64,000 bases of DNA. Source: Glaucostegus cemiculus. Taxonomy: Eukaryota. The translations under genes were made by a program, and so were the position numbers. Below are positions 62,338 through 64,000 of this stretch, piece by piece; positions within the stretch are counted from its first letter, which is position 1, and each line of letters begins with the position of its first letter. The notes beneath the pieces are model-generated. The model was given only the letters and a program-made list of their open reading frames with translations, did not search any database and had not been told where the DNA came from. The stretch spans positions 13,144,001-13,208,000 of the forward strand of contig CDPCPM010000180.1 of the NCBI GenBank assembly GCA_976551045.1, in the 5' to 3' direction.

Positions 62338-63064
62338 TTCAGAATCAGATTTATTATCATTGATATATGATGTGAAATTTGTTGTTTTGCAGCAGCAGTA
62401 CAGTGCAAGACATACAAACCTATAAATTACAAAAAATAAATAGTGCAAAGGAATAATGAGGTAGTTTTCATGGATCATTCAGAAATCTGATGGCAGAGGG
62501 GAAGAAGCTGTTCCTAAATCATTGAGTTTTGGTCTTCAGGCTCCCTGCTGGTAGTAATGCCAAGAGGGCATATCCCGGATGGTGAGGGTCCTTAATGATA
62601 GATACCGCCTTCTTGAGGCACCTCCTCTTAAAGATATCTTCAATGGCGGGGAGGTTGTGTCCGTGATAGAGCTGAATGAGTCTATAACCCTCTGCAGCCC
62701 TCTTGCGATCCAGTGCATTATAGACTCCATACCAGGGAGTAACGCAACCAGTCAGGATGTCCTCCAGCGAACATCTGTAGAAAATAACAAGATTCTTTGA
62801 TGACATACCAAATCTCTTCAAACTCCTAATGGAGTAGAGCTGCCAGCGCACCTTCTTCATGATTGCATCAATGTGTTGGGCCCAGAACAGATCCTCTGAG
62901 ATGATAACACCCAGGAATTTGAAGCTGCTCACCCTTTCCACCACTGACCCCTCAATGAGGACTGGTGTGTGTTCTCCTGACCTCCCCTTCTTCAAGTCCA
63001 CAATCAGTTCCTTGGTCTTGCTGAAGCTGAGTGCGAGGCTGTTGTTGTGACACCACTCAACCAG
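62338..63064 (-). mobile_element. Rex1/Babar LINE 3' part nested in CR1
   Basis: LVEWCHNNSL..KTKELIVD..VERVSSFKFLG..IIKDPHHPG; tail AATAAATCTGATTCTGA; same subfamily as 305-1940. Confidence 0.92.
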
Positions 63065-63684
63065 TGTATGAGTGATTTGGCTATGTATGTAGGAGGCATG
63101 ATCATTAAGTTTGCAGATGACACAGTGTGGTGGAGTTGTTGGTAGGGCAGAGGCATGGTTAAGAAGCCATGTGGAATACTGGCCTTCATTAGTTGGGACA
63201 TTAAATACAGGAACAGGGAGTTTATGCTCCAATTTTAAACATTGGTCAGACCTCAGCTGAAGTACTGTGTGCAGATTTGGTCAGCACAGTATAGGAAAGA
63301 TGTGATAGCACCAGAGAGGGTGCAGTGAAGATTCACCAGGACGTTGCCTGGGATGGAGCATTTCATTTGTGAGGAGGAGGAAAGAGTGGAGGAGGTTAAG
63401 AGGGGACATGATTGGGGTACATATAATTATGGGGGGTATAGGTAGGGTAAACGAAATGAAACTATTCTTTCTAACCAAAGGTAGATAAAACTAGAGGACT
63501 TGGATTGAGAGTAAAAGTTTTCGGGTGGATCTGAATGGGACCTGTTCCATCCAGAGAGTGGAGAGTACCTAGAATACACTGCCTGAGAGAGTGGTGGAAG
63601 CAGAATCACTGACAGCATTTATGAAGTATCTAGATGAGCATTAGGCATCGATGGCTGTGGACCAACTGCTGGAAGATCGGATTT

Positions 63685-64000
63685 TGTGGTCCATATTCAT
63701 AGATCCCTCAAGGTTGCTGCGCAGGATGACAGGGTTCTTAAGAAGGTGTATGATGTGTTGGCCTTCATTAGTCAAGGTATTGAGTTCAAGAGCCGCAAGG
63801 GTAATGCTGCAGTTCTTTAAAACTCTGGTTAGACCACACTTGGAGTATTGTGTTCAATTCTGGTCACCTCATTATAGGAAGGATGTGGAAGCTTTAGAGA
63901 GGGTGCAGAGGAGATTTACCAGGATTCTGCCTGAATTGGAGAGCATGTCTTATAAGGATAGATTGAGCGAGCTAGGGCTTTTTCTCTTTGGAGCAAAGGA
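63685..64000 (+). mobile_element. CR1 LINE fragment running off the window end
   Basis: VHIHRSLKVAAQ, KTLVRPHLEYCVQFWSPHYRKDVEALERVQRRFTR. Confidence 0.9.

Larger units (their letters stand above)
60440..63680 (+). mobile_element. CR1 LINE RT to 3' end, broken by two Rex insertions
   Basis: GFAKG.SCLTNL.EFF (60500-60550) | VDMVHMDFAKAFDKV..VPHGLVLGP (62111-62337) | IKFADDT..YCVQIW (63065-63680). Confidence 0.8.

Noticed and set aside
62519-63232. 237-aa minus-strand ORF as a novel protein
   Set aside because: Chimeric artefact: antisense CR1 sequence read into a sense Rex fragment at the 63064 junction.

Overview
Repeat-dominated, AT-rich eukaryotic DNA with no recognisable host exon, most likely a gene desert or very large intron. 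The repeat complement (many CR1 LINEs, Rex1/Babar LINEs, Penelope-like ends, Deu-domain and V/HE1-like tRNA SINEs) suggests a cartilaginous fish; this is inference. The main feature is a complete but disabled 4,234-bp Ty3/Gypsy LTR retrotransposon on the minus strand (42977-47210). It has 235-bp LTRs, an ACAG target-site duplication (TSD), a tRNA-Trp primer-binding site, a CHCC gag knuckle and a G GGA AAC slippery site with a 12-bp hairpin, all pointing to the CsRn1/Kabuki/Boudicca clade. Other notable items: a ~700-bp non-coding, CpG-rich element joining a YY1-motif 5' end, a minisatellite and a Rex1/Babar 3' tail (26100-26794); Penelope-like ends with degenerate minimal hammerhead ribozyme motifs; a young 5'-truncated Rex1/Babar copy with an unbroken ORF; a 26-bp minisatellite split by a CR1; deeply nested LINE stacks; and repeat-poor islands that may be conserved non-coding elements. 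All calls were made by eye. Boundaries of old repeats are approximate (tens of bp), and most short ORFs in the track are repeat-derived or spurious.
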